Assembly: GCA_963751455.1 (NCBI GenBank) | Contig: CAVVUN010000015.1 | Location: forward strand, 576,001 to 640,000 | Length of the DNA: 64,000 nucleotides | Direction of reading: 5' to 3' | Source: Nitrospirota bacterium | GTDB lineage: Bacteria > Nitrospirota > UBA9217 | Shown: one piece after another, positions 49,128 through 60,600 of the stretch | Layout of the letters: each line of letters begins with the position of its first letter | Numbering within the stretch: the first letter of the stretch is position 1 | Translations under genes and position numbers: made by a program | The notes under the pieces: generated by a model | Databases searched by the model: none | The model's input: only the letters and a program-made list of their open reading frames with translations | Told to the model about the DNA's origin: nothing

Positions 49128-51407
49128 ATGAAGCGGGATAACAAGGGACTCTCCATATTCGTCCGGCTCCTGATCTCGTTTGTGGCCGTCGTCATCATCA
49201 TGAGCGGCCTGCTCACCGCGATTTTCTACGTTTTCAGCAGAAAATCGATCGAGAAGCAGACAGAGGAGTACGTTCAACAGCAGTTTCAGACAGTCAGTCA
49301 TCATTTCCGGTCAGAGCTCAGAAATATGCTCGTGAAGGACCTTCAGTTGCTCGCGTCCAACCCGCTTCTGGACGACTTCATCATGTCCTCTGAAGGAGAG
49401 CGCGAATTGAACGCGCGCGGCGTGGAGCGTTCTTTTCTTGAATCACTGAAGGCGAGCAGAAGCTATCAGAGCATTACCTACATCAATGTTGACGGCAGAG
49501 AGGCCGTGAAGGTGGACTGGTCGGGGCGGGTGCGCAAGTTTCGAGATGTCAGCCGCAGCCCGCTTTTCGTACGGCTAAGCCAGGAACCACCCGGCAGTAT
49601 TGAAAGCGAGGGGCCGTTTTTCGATGAATACGGCAACCTTCTTTTTTCAACCGCAATTTACAAGACCGACGCAGACATCGGAAAATTTGGGGGCATTGTC
49701 GTCATCGACTACAGCCTCGACGATTTCATCGGCTACCTGGACCGCCTGAAGATCTTCGATGAAAACCCGCTCTGGCTTTTAACCCCGAACGGTGCTGTTC
49801 TGAAACGTCCGAGAGACGATCTCTCAAGCTTCGACCCCAGGCAGCACCTGACACGCGAAAGCCCAAGAGAGCCGGTCCTTACGAGGGTAGAGCAGGGGAT
49901 GCTTGTATACCAGGACCTTTCGATTATTCCCGATCGTCCGCTTCTGAGGCTGGCTATCAGCCTGCGGTCTTCTGTCCTGCTCAGAGACATGCGGTCGGTC
50001 CTGCGTTTTTTCCTTTTTGTTTCGCTTGCCTCCATTCTCGTTACTTCCTTTTTTGCCTATCATTTGGCCAAATTTCTATCAGGGCCGATCGTGGAACTGG
50101 CTCACGCCGCTTCACGCATCGCGCGAGGCGAACCCACGACCCAGGTACATGTCAAGGCCACCGGAGAAGTTCAGCTGCTTGTAGACAGTTTCAACCGAAT
50201 GGCCGAGGACCTTGAAAAGACGACCGTTTCCCGGGATTATGTCGATAATATCCTGAAAAGCATGATGGACACCCTGATCGTTGTTTCGCCTGAGGGCACG
50301 ATCCTCAGGTTAAACGCCGCCGCCTGCCTACTGCTCGGCTACGAACAGGAAGAACTAATCGGCCGGCCGTTTGAAACGATCGTGAACGGCGAAAATGATG
50401 ACCGCCATCGCCTCGGAGATGTCCTGTCAAGCGGCGCGGCAGGCTTGGAGACGTCCTACCGGGCTAAAGACGGCACAAAAGTGCCGATGCTGTTCTCTGC
50501 CTCGGTTCTGTACGATGCAGACCGGGAGGTTCAGGGTATAGTCTGCGTTGCACAGGACATTACCGAGCGCAAGCAAGCCGAGATGCGGCTAAAGAACTAT
50601 TCGGAAGAGCTGGCCGAGATCAACGAGGAGCTGAAAAATTTTGCTTATATTGTATCCCATGATCTGCGCGCTCCGCTGGTCAATATCAAGGGATTTTCCG
50701 GGGAGCTGCTGTATGGGATCGGGCAAATCAGGCCTCTTCTCGAACGCCAGGCAGCCGATAGCGAGCAGGAGCAGCGGCAGAAGTACCGCGATATCCTCGA
50801 CAAAGATATTCCTGATGCTCTTAAGTTCATCGGGTCTTCCGTAAACCGGATGGACAATCTCATTACTGCCATCCTGAAGCTTTCCAGGGCAGGCCTGCGT
50901 AAACTTAACCCGGAGCCGCTGAAAACCAATCTGCTCGTTCAGAATATTCTGCACACCCTGGAGCATCAGATAGAAACAGGGAAAATTTCCGTGACGCTCG
51001 GTCCGCTTCCTGACGTGGTCGCCGACCGGACCGCGGTAGAACAGATTTTCGGCAATCTGCTGGACAACGCCGTCAAGTACCTGGAGCCGGACCGCTCCGG
51101 CACAATAGAGATCAGCGGTGAATGCGGCGATCATGAGGCCCTTTTTCACATCCGGGACAACGGCCGCGGCATGTCGAAGGAAGACATCCCAAAGGCGTTT
51201 GACATCTTCCGCCGTGTGGGCAAACAAGATGTGCCGGGCGAAGGCATGGGCCTTGCGTATGTAAAAACGCTTGTACGGTTGCTCGGCGCACGCATCTGGT
51301 GCGATTCCGAGCCGGGAGTCGGAACAACCTTCAGTTTCACGCTCCCCCTTTCCTCGCCTGCAACGGTGAACGGCGGCAGAAAGGAAGAAAGCCGTGAAGC
51401 TTCCTGA
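49128..51407 (+). CDS. Membrane sensor histidine kinase (periplasmic domain-HAMP-PAS-HisKA-HATPase)
   Basis: Two TM helices, GEVQLLVDSFNRM, SHDLRAPL, NLLDNAVKY, DNGRG, GMGLA. Confidence 0.94.
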   Translation: MKRDNKGLSIFVRLLISFVAVVIIMSGLLTAIFYVFSRKSIEKQTEEYVQQQFQTVSHHFRSELRNMLVKDLQLLASNPLLDDFIMSSEGERELNARGVERSFLESLKASRSYQSITYINVDGREAVKVDWSGRVRKFRDVSRSPLFVRLSQEPPGSIESEGPFFDEYGNLLFSTAIYKTDADIGKFGGIVVIDYSLDDFIGYLDRLKIFDENPLWLLTPNGAVLKRPRDDLSSFDPRQHLTRESPREPVLTRVEQGMLVYQDLSIIPDRPLLRLAISLRSSVLLRDMRSVLRFFLFVSLASILVTSFFAYHLAKFLSGPIVELAHAASRIARGEPTTQVHVKATGEVQLLVDSFNRMAEDLEKTTVSRDYVDNILKSMMDTLIVVSPEGTILRLNAAACLLLGYEQEELIGRPFETIVNGENDDRHRLGDVLSSGAAGLETSYRAKDGTKVPMLFSASVLYDADREVQGIVCVAQDITERKQAEMRLKNYSEELAEINEELKNFAYIVSHDLRAPLVNIKGFSGELLYGIGQIRPLLERQAADSEQEQRQKYRDILDKDIPDALKFIGSSVNRMDNLITAILKLSRAGLRKLNPEPLKTNLLVQNILHTLEHQIETGKISVTLGPLPDVVADRTAVEQIFGNLLDNAVKYLEPDRSGTIEISGECGDHEALFHIRDNGRGMSKEDIPKAFDIFRRVGKQDVPGEGMGLAYVKTLVRLLGARIWCDSEPGVGTTFSFTLPLSSPATVNGGRKEESREAS

Positions 51408-51478
51408 GCGCGCATCACCGCTTTGTTCCATATTCCGGTCCGGACATTACTTTATTTCCGGTGAAAGGAGCGGCTGCC

Positions 51479-52786
51479 ATGGCCGAGATCAGCGTTATCC
51501 GTATTTTGTATATGGAAGACGACCCCGGGCTTTGCCTGCTTCTTAAGAAAAATCTGCAGCGGCGCGGCTTCATCGTTGATACTGCTTTCAACGGCGAAGA
51601 AGGGATCAGAATGGCGGAAAGCGGCTGCTACGATGCGCTGCTGGTTGATTACAATATGCCTTTTTTCGGCGGGATCGATGTTCTGCGGGCGATAGCCGCG
51701 TTAAACTTGACCACACCGGTTGTCATGGTGACGGGCCAGGGGAACGAGGCCGTGGCGGTAGAAGCACTTAAACTGGGGGCGTCGGACTATGTGGTCAAAG
51801 ACGTCGAAATGCGCTATCTCGACCTTCTACCCGCAGTTATCGACCAGGTGCTCTACAAACAGCAGCTTCTCAAAGAGCGCGACCAAATACTGGAAGCGGT
51901 CAGGGACAGCGAAGAACGCTACCGCAGGCTCGTAGAGCTGGTACCGGACGGAATCGGAGTCCATATTGGCGAGGTCTTCGTTTTCATGAATCCGGCGGGA
52001 GCAAGCCTGCTCGGAGCATCAGGACCAGATCGCGTTATCGGCAATTCTGTCTGGGATGTGGTCCAGAACGATTTTAGAGAGATCGAGAAGTCCCGCATCC
52101 TGCAGCTTAAAAAAGGAACGGATACGGTTGTGCTGCCGTGGATCGAGGAGAAATTCGTGCGGATGGACGGGTCGGTGATCGATGTAGAGACAGTCAGTCT
52201 CAACCTGAGCTATAATGGGCAACCCGCAGTCCAGACCATATTCAGGGACATTACCGAACGGAAAATGACGGAGCAAAGGGTCGCGCACTCGGCGCTGTAC
52301 GACGCTTTGACCGGGCTGCCCAACCGGACGCTTTGCTTCGACCGAATGAAACAGGCCTTGGAAACGGCGAAACGGAGTAACTGTGCCATGGCGTTGCTCT
52401 GCATGGACCTGGACCGTTTTAAACTCGTTAATGACATGCATGGGCATGAAACCGGAGATCTCGTTCTGCAGGAAGCGGCACGAAGAATACTGTCCTGCAT
52501 TCGCAAGACGGATACGCTCGGGCGCATGGGCGGCGATGAATTTCTAGGAATTTGCGGAAATATAACACGTCCCGGGGACGTATTCCTGGTCGCCGATAAA
52601 ATCATTGAAGTCCTGTCCTCGACGTTTTGCCTCAACGGCGCTACATGCTCCATCGGTGTCAGCATAGGGATCAGCATGTATCCGGCAGACGGAGATCATG
52701 TTGAAATGATGCTGACCAAAGCAGAACACGGCTTACACCGGGTGAAGCAAACCGGCAATGGCGGCTACATTGTTTCGAACGAATAA
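51479..52786 (+). CDS. REC-PAS-GGDEF diguanylate cyclase
   Basis: YMEDD, LVDYNMP, PAS, DALTGLPNR, RKTD I-site, RMGGDEF. Confidence 0.92.
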   Translation: MAEISVIRILYMEDDPGLCLLLKKNLQRRGFIVDTAFNGEEGIRMAESGCYDALLVDYNMPFFGGIDVLRAIAALNLTTPVVMVTGQGNEAVAVEALKLGASDYVVKDVEMRYLDLLPAVIDQVLYKQQLLKERDQILEAVRDSEERYRRLVELVPDGIGVHIGEVFVFMNPAGASLLGASGPDRVIGNSVWDVVQNDFREIEKSRILQLKKGTDTVVLPWIEEKFVRMDGSVIDVETVSLNLSYNGQPAVQTIFRDITERKMTEQRVAHSALYDALTGLPNRTLCFDRMKQALETAKRSNCAMALLCMDLDRFKLVNDMHGHETGDLVLQEAARRILSCIRKTDTLGRMGGDEFLGICGNITRPGDVFLVADKIIEVLSSTFCLNGATCSIGVSIGISMYPADGDHVEMMLTKAEHGLHRVKQTGNGGYIVSNE

Positions 52787-52932
52787 GGCGCGCCCTCTGA
52801 CTGTTTCCCAAAAGTAAAACCGAACCCAGCATCTTTCCCTCCTGTCAGATCCGGTTTTCTCCTTATGATATAATCTAATAAGAAACACAATTTGTATTTA
52901 TTCAGCTACTCGCTGACAGCTTGGTGCTTGCC

Positions 52933-53379
52933 ATGCCACACGCGGGACTAATGGATGAAACGTTGCTGGGCGCAGTGAAAGGGCCGCTTCAGCGGGCTCG
53001 ACTGCACCTGCGAGGCGGTAAGCGGCGGCTCGGCCAGGGCAAAATCGCAGCGGGCATCGTAACCCTGTACGACGGCTTGCTTGCCGCCATGGACTTCTAC
53101 TGCGAAGCCGCGGTTCAGGAAGGCCGGCTGGTGACAAACCCGGGAGAAGATCTTCGCAATGAAAAAGTTTTGTACGCTGTCCTTGTGCGGACAGGTGTTT
53201 TGAACGGTCGCTTCGATTTCGAAGGTTTCAGCAGGCTTGTGGAAACAGCGCTTGATCAGGAATTGCCGGGATATGATTATCGCCAGCTGGTTGCCGATAT
53301 CGACTCACTGATGCTTCAACTCGGTGTGCTGCCCTTTAATGAATCAGCCCTTCCTCCGGAAGATCCTGCCACGTTTTAA
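52933..53379 (+). CDS. Hypothetical protein
   Basis: Fills the gap in operon direction with plausible composition; start probably ATG 52933. Confidence 0.7.
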   Translation: MPHAGLMDETLLGAVKGPLQRARLHLRGGKRRLGQGKIAAGIVTLYDGLLAAMDFYCEAAVQEGRLVTNPGEDLRNEKVLYAVLVRTGVLNGRFDFEGFSRLVETALDQELPGYDYRQLVADIDSLMLQLGVLPFNESALPPEDPATF

Positions 53380-53392
53380 AAAATAGACGGAA

Positions 53393-53477
53393 CCGAGGGA
53401 CGAGGGATGATGGACGAGAAGAGTTGAGTGAAATCGTCCATCGTCCTAGCGAGCGGTCGCTTCTCGTCCATCGTGCA
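53393..53477. repeat. Inverted arrays of degenerate 7-mers
   Basis: CCGAGGG ACGAGGG ATGATGG ACGAGAA ... TCGTCCA TCGTCCT ... TCGTCCA TCGTGCA. Confidence 0.65.
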
Positions 53478-53486
53478 GTTTAAAGT

Positions 53487-55448
53487 ATGAACAGACTTTC
53501 AAACGAACGTTCGCCTTACTTGAAAAAAGCAGCCAGCCAGAAGGTTGAGTGGCATCCCTGGTCCGAAGAGGCTTTTGAAAAAGCCGGGCGTGAAGAAAAA
53601 CCGGTATTTCTGAGCACCGGGGCTGTCTGGTGCCACTGGTGCCATGTGATGGCGCGCGAGTGCTTTGAAAGTGATGAGATTGCGGAAGTGATGAACAGGA
53701 ATTTCGTAAACATCAAGCTCGATCGCGATGAACGTCCGGACATAGACCGCGTCTACCAGCAGGCCGTGGCCTCAATGGGAGGAGGAAGCGGATGGCCGCT
53801 CAGCGTTTTTTTAACGGCGGATAAGAAGCCTTTTTTCGGTGGGACCTATTTTCCTCCCAGCGATGCTCAGGGCAGGCCCGGGTTCAGGAAAATACTGGCT
53901 GCTGTCCTCGATTTTTACAGGACGAGGCCCGGCGAAGTAATGTCATTTGCCGAGAAAGTCGCTGATGCCATAAAACCGGACGATTTCACTCCAGAGGGGA
54001 TCAGTGAAGCTCTGCTGGACGAAGCGGAGAATAAAATTCTTTCTATTCTCGATACCCGGAACGGAGGATTCGGCGATGCGCCGAAGTTTCCGATGTCTGC
54101 AACGCTCGAATTCCTTATGCGGCTGGCAGCACGAGGACATCGGGCTGCTGCAGACGGCGCCCGCCTCACTCTGTTTGCAATGGCCAGGGGGGGCATACAG
54201 GACCACCTCGGGGGAGGCTTCCATCGCTACTCCGTGGACGATGCATGGCTCGTTCCGCACTTTGAAAAGATGGCCGACGACAACGCGGGTCTGCTGCAGA
54301 ATTATATTCAGGGATATGCATTGTTTGGAAATGAACGGATGAAAACGGTGGCCCGGGATATCCTGCGTTTCACAAGAGAACAGCTATCCGACCCATCGGG
54401 AGGGTTCTTCGCAAGCCAGGATGCGGACACAGGCGCTGACGAGGGCGGCTATTTTACCTGGACAGCCCGCGAAATGAGGCAGGTTCTGAATGCTGAGGAA
54501 TACGAAGTAATCAGCCTCCACCTCTTCCATCCGCACGGTTCTTTGCCGCATGACCCGCAAAGGAATGTTCTGGCTGTCCGCATGGAACCTTCGACGATCG
54601 CTGAACAAACCGGGAAAAGCCGGGAAGCCGTTCAGAACTTGATCGAGACCGCGAAGCTGAAACTTCTTAAGGCACGTCAAAAGCGGGCACGCCCGTTTGT
54701 CGACACGACGCTTTATACTTCGCTCAACGGAATGATGATATCAGCCTGCCTTCGCGGGTTCATGGCCTTTCGGGATCCGGCTTTGCGGGAGCTTGGGCTG
54801 AAGGGCCTGGAACGGGTATTCCAGGATTGCTTTGACGGCAACGGGCTAAGCCATGCGCCGGGCGTGCCGGCCCTGCTAGACGACTATGTTCATCTTCTTG
54901 ATGCATTGATCACTGCTTATGAGGCGAGCGCAACACAACTCTATCTGAGCCGAGCAGAAGATCTCATGAAAGAATGCAGGCGAGTACTTTTCGATGCTAC
55001 GGAGGGTGGTTACTTCGATACCGGTACCGAGGTGCTCGGTATTCGATCCAAAAGGATCCAGGATGTCCCTCATCCAGCCGCGAATTCTCTGGCAATCACA
55101 CTGCAGCTGAAACTGGCCTCAATAAAGGGAAACTCGGACTATCGCAGGGAAGCGGAACAGGAACTCATGCTGTTTGCCGGGACCGCCCGGTCTTTGGGCG
55201 TTCATGCGGGCAGTTACTTCTGCTCCCTGGATTCCTTTTATCATATGCTTACGTTCAGAGTTGAAGCTGAACCGGAAAGCGAGCTTGCACAAGCAGCCCG
55301 TATCCGGGCCGTGGCATCGCGCTCAGCCATAGTATACGGTGAAGAGAAAGGCCGGATAATTCCCTGTACACCGAATGCCTGTTATGAGCCTCTGTTCGAT
55401 GAAGCAGGGCTGGATGATTTCCTTAGAAACCGGGTCTGCTCATCATAA
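53487..55448 (+). CDS. YyaL/DUF255 (SPATA20-like) thioredoxin-domain protein
   Basis: NRL..ERSPYL, CHWCHVM, DRDERPDID, GWPLSVF, GGGFHRYSVD, PHFEKM. Confidence 0.92.
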   Translation: MNRLSNERSPYLKKAASQKVEWHPWSEEAFEKAGREEKPVFLSTGAVWCHWCHVMARECFESDEIAEVMNRNFVNIKLDRDERPDIDRVYQQAVASMGGGSGWPLSVFLTADKKPFFGGTYFPPSDAQGRPGFRKILAAVLDFYRTRPGEVMSFAEKVADAIKPDDFTPEGISEALLDEAENKILSILDTRNGGFGDAPKFPMSATLEFLMRLAARGHRAAADGARLTLFAMARGGIQDHLGGGFHRYSVDDAWLVPHFEKMADDNAGLLQNYIQGYALFGNERMKTVARDILRFTREQLSDPSGGFFASQDADTGADEGGYFTWTAREMRQVLNAEEYEVISLHLFHPHGSLPHDPQRNVLAVRMEPSTIAEQTGKSREAVQNLIETAKLKLLKARQKRARPFVDTTLYTSLNGMMISACLRGFMAFRDPALRELGLKGLERVFQDCFDGNGLSHAPGVPALLDDYVHLLDALITAYEASATQLYLSRAEDLMKECRRVLFDATEGGYFDTGTEVLGIRSKRIQDVPHPAANSLAITLQLKLASIKGNSDYRREAEQELMLFAGTARSLGVHAGSYFCSLDSFYHMLTFRVEAEPESELAQAARIRAVASRSAIVYGEEKGRIIPCTPNACYEPLFDEAGLDDFLRNRVCSS

Positions 55449-55699
55449 TCGTAATCCTATTCCGGTATTCATGCTGCGACTAAAGTTTCCCTTTTTCTCC
55501 GGCCTCGTAAGTCTTGACAACCTTCGGACCTATGGTATTCTTAAGTCAGCGCACCGCATCAGATTACTCGTACTCACTTTCCCTTTATAAAATTTCTGTC
55601 ATTTGTTGTCCTGGCGAATGCTTGACCGCTGAACACCGGTTGTTGTATTTCGCTGTTTGCCCCTCGCTCCCGGTGACCGTTCACACCGCAGTGAAGACC

Positions 55700-57331
55700 A
55701 TGAACCTAAATCAACGCATGAAAAAATCCAGGTCCAAAATTAAGAATAGCGATCCAGCAGGAAAGTCGGCGACCAGAGGAAAAGAAAGAAAAACGAATGG
55801 TGCTGCGGATGAGTTCTCTTCCCTGCATACCGGTCTTTCCATTTTTGCCACGCCGCCCGATACTCGGGGTACTGGCTTTGCGTCCGGTGATCGAGAACAT
55901 CAAGACCGAATCAGGTTCTTCGGTCAGGCTCTCGAAACAGCCGCTCAGGCCTTTTGCTCCTTTTTCCCGGACGGCCGTTTCAAAGCATATAACACTGCTT
56001 TCCTCAGATTGACCGGCTATACTTCCGTTGAACTGAAACTCAAATTATGGACACGTGATTTGACACCGCCGAAATGGCATGAACAGGAGAGGGCCGTATT
56101 GGAAGAACTGCGCCACACGGGCCGTTCCCAGTTTTATCAAAAGGAATATGTGAGAAAGGACGGGTCGCTCATCCCCGTTGAAGTATCGCTGCATACGGTG
56201 TTCGAAAAAACATCGAAGGTTTTTTATTACTGTTCATTCATCCGGGACATTGCCGAGCCGAAGCGAGCCGAGCAGGAACTCCAGAAGGCCAACGAAAACC
56301 TTTCCGGGTATGTCCAGGAACTTGAGGAGCACAACCGCGAGACCGAACTGTTCAGTGAAATGGTCAGCCTGCTGCAGGCCTGCGCCACACTGGAAGAAGT
56401 TAAGAGCGTTATCGGACGGCTTGCCCGGGGCCTCTTTTCCGCGGAATCCGGCGCACTGTACCTGTTCAATTCTGCATACAACATGCTTGAACCGGTTGCC
56501 GCCTGGGGTGAGGAAAAGAACGGCGGCCAGGGTTTGCCTTCCCGCGAATGCTGGGGTTTTCGGCTCGGCAGACAGTACCTGATCGATGCAAGGCATCCAG
56601 GTCTGCTGTGCGCTCATGTTAAGCCGCCGCTTCAGACTGCGTCGCTGTGCGTTCCCTTGATGGCGCAGGGGGAGACCCTGGGTCTGCTGCATCTGCAGTT
56701 CAATGGAAATTGGCTGCGGCTCACCGACGAGAGCCGTGAGCGGCAAAAGCGGCACAAGCAGCAGTTGGCAGTGGCTGTTGCCGAGAATGTTGCTCTGTCT
56801 CTTTCCAATTTTAAACTTCGGGACAGGCTCTATGTTCAATCGATTCATGATTATCTTACCGGCTTGTACAATCGCCGCTATATGGCCGAACTCCTCGAAA
56901 AAGAACTCCACCGCATGGCCCGGAAAAAACAGACAGCCGGCGTAATTATTATCGATATCGATCGCTTCAAGACCTTTAACGATACATACGGCCACGAGGC
57001 CGGCGACCTTGTGCTCCGCGAATTCAGCTCTTTCCTGAGGAAGCACGTCAGGGAAGAAGATTTTGCCTGCCGGTACGGCGGCGATGAATTTGTGGTTATC
57101 CTTCCCGAAACGTCCCGGGACAACGCCCGGCAGCGCGCGGAACAGCTTCGCGAGGGTGTCACGCATCTCGGCATCCGTTTCCGGGGAAAGCCTATCGATG
57201 GAATAACGCTTTCGCTCGGAATGGCGGTATATCCGCACGACGGTCTGACCGTAGATGCTATCCTGAGCGCTGCCGACGCGGCCTTGTACAGGGCAAAAGC
57301 CGAAGGCCGGGACCGGGTTGTAACGGCCTGA
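55700..57331 (+). CDS. PAS-GAF-GGDEF diguanylate cyclase
   Basis: PAS (EYVRKDG), CWG..G GAF, REED I-site, RYGGDEF. The track's TTG start at 55514 coincides with a TTGACA -35 box, so ATG 55700 is preferred. Confidence 0.9.
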   Translation: MNLNQRMKKSRSKIKNSDPAGKSATRGKERKTNGAADEFSSLHTGLSIFATPPDTRGTGFASGDREHQDRIRFFGQALETAAQAFCSFFPDGRFKAYNTAFLRLTGYTSVELKLKLWTRDLTPPKWHEQERAVLEELRHTGRSQFYQKEYVRKDGSLIPVEVSLHTVFEKTSKVFYYCSFIRDIAEPKRAEQELQKANENLSGYVQELEEHNRETELFSEMVSLLQACATLEEVKSVIGRLARGLFSAESGALYLFNSAYNMLEPVAAWGEEKNGGQGLPSRECWGFRLGRQYLIDARHPGLLCAHVKPPLQTASLCVPLMAQGETLGLLHLQFNGNWLRLTDESRERQKRHKQQLAVAVAENVALSLSNFKLRDRLYVQSIHDYLTGLYNRRYMAELLEKELHRMARKKQTAGVIIIDIDRFKTFNDTYGHEAGDLVLREFSSFLRKHVREEDFACRYGGDEFVVILPETSRDNARQRAEQLREGVTHLGIRFRGKPIDGITLSLGMAVYPHDGLTVDAILSAADAALYRAKAEGRDRVVTA

Positions 57332-57669
57332 AGCAGCACTGGGCCGCAAAACTCTTGCATAAAAAAGAAAAAGCTTTGCTGTTTTACATCGATCTTATGC
57401 ATACAACAAGTGTACACACACTCGCTCCTTCATCCATGAAGGTCTGCAACGGAATGCCATTCCTTTTTCGCCTTGATTTTTCAATTCATTTAATGTAATA
57501 ATTTTTTTACTTGATATCCGGTCCCTGTATCTTTCTGCAACGAGTAGCAGCATTGGACAAGCTTTCGCTGATCAACCGTTCCATTGCTCAATTCTGATCG
57601 GGGAGCCGGTGCACCACGTTCAGTTTTTGGTGCAGCCGTTCAGGATTATTTGGTTTCACCCGATTCATT

Positions 57670-60600
57670 ATGAAATCCAAACCGCGCTCAAAATCAAAAA
57701 AAACCTCTACCCTTCCAGCAAAAGCGGTAATAAAGCCGCGCGCGAAGAAAAGCGTTTCACAGGATGTTTCGTCAACCAGCAGAGATGGAACTGTTATTAC
57801 CCGCAAGAAAAACCACAATACAGCCGGGACCCGGGGACCGGTCGAGTCGATGCAAACGACTGTGAGCGACGGTGCCGAGCGCAGAAGACTCAAGAAAATG
57901 CTGATCGAGAGCGAGGAGAGATACCGGGCGCTCATGGAAACAGCCGCTGAAGCGATCATGGTGCATCAAAAGGGCAAAATCGTTTACACCAATCCCGCGG
58001 GCATGGAACTCATCGGCGCGAAAGACAGGGTAGAACTGCTAGAAAGAAATTATGACGACGTGGTCCATCATTATGGAAACAACAAAACCGGCGGCAGGCT
58101 TGATGAGCTGCCGCTCGACCGGCTGTCGTCCCACGAAGTGAAAATCATCCGGTTGAACGGGCAGCGCATTGATGCGGAAGCTCTCGCAGCGCCGATAAGT
58201 TTCGCGGGGAGTTCCGCGACTCAAGTTATTATCCAGGATGTAACCGCGCGAAAAATGGCGGAACAGACAATGCGCTTTCAGGCAAGTGTGCTGTCTGAAG
58301 TGCACGACGCGGTGGTCGCCATCGATAACGACAGCCGGATAACATACTATAATAAAGGGGCCGAACTGCTGTACGGGAGCAGGGCCGCTGATGCACTGGG
58401 AAAAAAGCTGGAAGAAGTGGACCCGTGCGGCTGGATACCCCAGAGTAATGAAGCCGAGGCGAATGAGTCGCTCAGCAAAAGAGGATTCTGGCGGGGCTCG
58501 GGCTTGCATCGATCGCTTTCCGGAGATGTGAAATACGTGGAATCGTCGATATCGGTCCTCAAAGACGAAAGCTGCGCCCGCATCGGGCTGCTCGCCGTTA
58601 TGCGGGACATTACCGAGGGAAGGCAGGCGGACAGCGCCTTGAGGGAGAGCGAAGAACGTTATCGTTCACTCGTTGAGAATTCGCCGGTGGCTATCTGCGT
58701 GCAGCAGGAAGGGCGGTATGTCTATATGAATCAGGCGGGGCTTCAGCTTTTCGGGGCTGACGAACCCATGCAAATTATCGGTAAAAATGCGATCGAGTAT
58801 GTCCACCCCGCTTATCGTGATTCCGCGGTTGAATGGATGCACCAGATCGAAGAAGACAGCAAACACCTTCCTTTTTATGAATTGAAGATACTGCGCGTCA
58901 ACGGACAGGCGGCAGATGTCGAGGCAGTTGTGACGAAGACCAGCTTTGGGGGCAAGCCGGCAACGCAGGCGCTCCTCAAGGATATTTCTGAAATACGGAA
59001 TACCGAACTGCGGCTGCGGCTCCAGGCGACGGTATTGTCACAGGTGAAAGACGCCGTGGTCGCGGTCGATTCCGACGGCCGGATAATATTCTGGAACAGG
59101 GCAGCGGAGCTTCTTTTTAAAGTCACGGCTGAAGAAGCCATCGGTCAGCACCGGGAAATGATTTTCGGGTACCGCCCGGATGCACGGAATGAAGCCGGCA
59201 AATCTTCGTCGCAGAGCGGATTTTTGAGGGGCGAGAACATTCATATTCTGAGGAGCGGACAAGTAATTCAGGTAGAGTCTTCCGTTTCGGTTCTGACGGG
59301 ATGGTCCGGGGCCCCGGCCGGCTGGCTTGCAGTCATGCGCGACATCACCGAGCGCAAGCGGGCGGAAAGGGAGATAAAGGCGGCGCGGGACGAAGCGCTT
59401 CGCGAACGCCTTCGCATGGAAACGATCGTCAATACGATCCCTTCAGGGGTATTCGTGGCAGAAGGCCCGGATGCCTCGATCACTCTGCAGAATGAACAGG
59501 CGCGAAATATTCTGGGCCGGGAAGTAAACCCGGGTGTCGGCGCAGGGGAACGAATCGGGCGAATGCGAAAACCCGATGGCACATATTTCACGCCCGACGA
59601 AGTCCCTTATCTACATGCATTTCGCAAGGGCGAGCACGTCCGTGATGTTGAAATTATGCTTGAACGGCCTGATGGAGCCACTATCACGATTTTGAGTCAA
59701 TCCGTGCCGCTCAGGGACGCAACCGGCGCGATCTACGGTTCGGTCAGTGCGTTCAACGACATCACCGAGCGGAAGCAGGCCGAAAACGAGCTGAGAAAAG
59801 CCCGTGCAGAACTCGAACTGCGTGTCCGGGAGCGTACCGCGGAGCTCTCGACGACGCTTGAGGCGCTCCAGGCAGAATTTATCGTCCGACGGCGGGCTGA
59901 GAAATCGCTGGAAGAAACGAGCAGGCTTCTGGAAAATATCTTCGCCACGATCCACGTAGCCATCGCCTATATGGACACGGACTTCGACTATATCCGCGTT
60001 AACCAGAACTATGCGAACAGGGAAGGACACGAGCCCGCATTTTACCCGGGCAGAAATTATTTTGCCGCCATTCAGGATAGCCAGGAGCAGGAGATATTCC
60101 GGAGTGTGGTCGAAACCGGAAGGCCGTATTTCGCATACGGGAAGCCCCTCCCGGCCCAAAAAATTCCGGGCAGCGACGTTACGTACTGGGATTGGAATGT
60201 GGTGCCGGTCAAGGAGTCCGACGAAACGGTGACCGGCCTTGTCCTCAGCGCAATCGATGTCACCGAGCGGAAGAGGGCGGAAATGGAGCGGGCGCGCCTT
60301 GTTGCCGCTATTGAAGCTGCGGCAGAGGCCGTCGTCATAACAGAAACGAACAGAGGTACGATCCAGTATGTGAATCCGGCGTTCGAGCTCATTACCGGCT
60401 ATAAGCGGGAGGAAGCAGTAGGGAAGACACTTCACATCCTTGAGACCGGCAGGCACGACGAGGAGTTTTATCGCGCTATGCGGGAAGCCATTGTTCGTGA
60501 CGGCTTCTGGAAAGGCCGGCTGATCAATAAAAAGAAGGACGGAACGCACTATTACGAGGAATGCACTTACTCGCCGGTTCGGGATGAATCGGGGAACATC

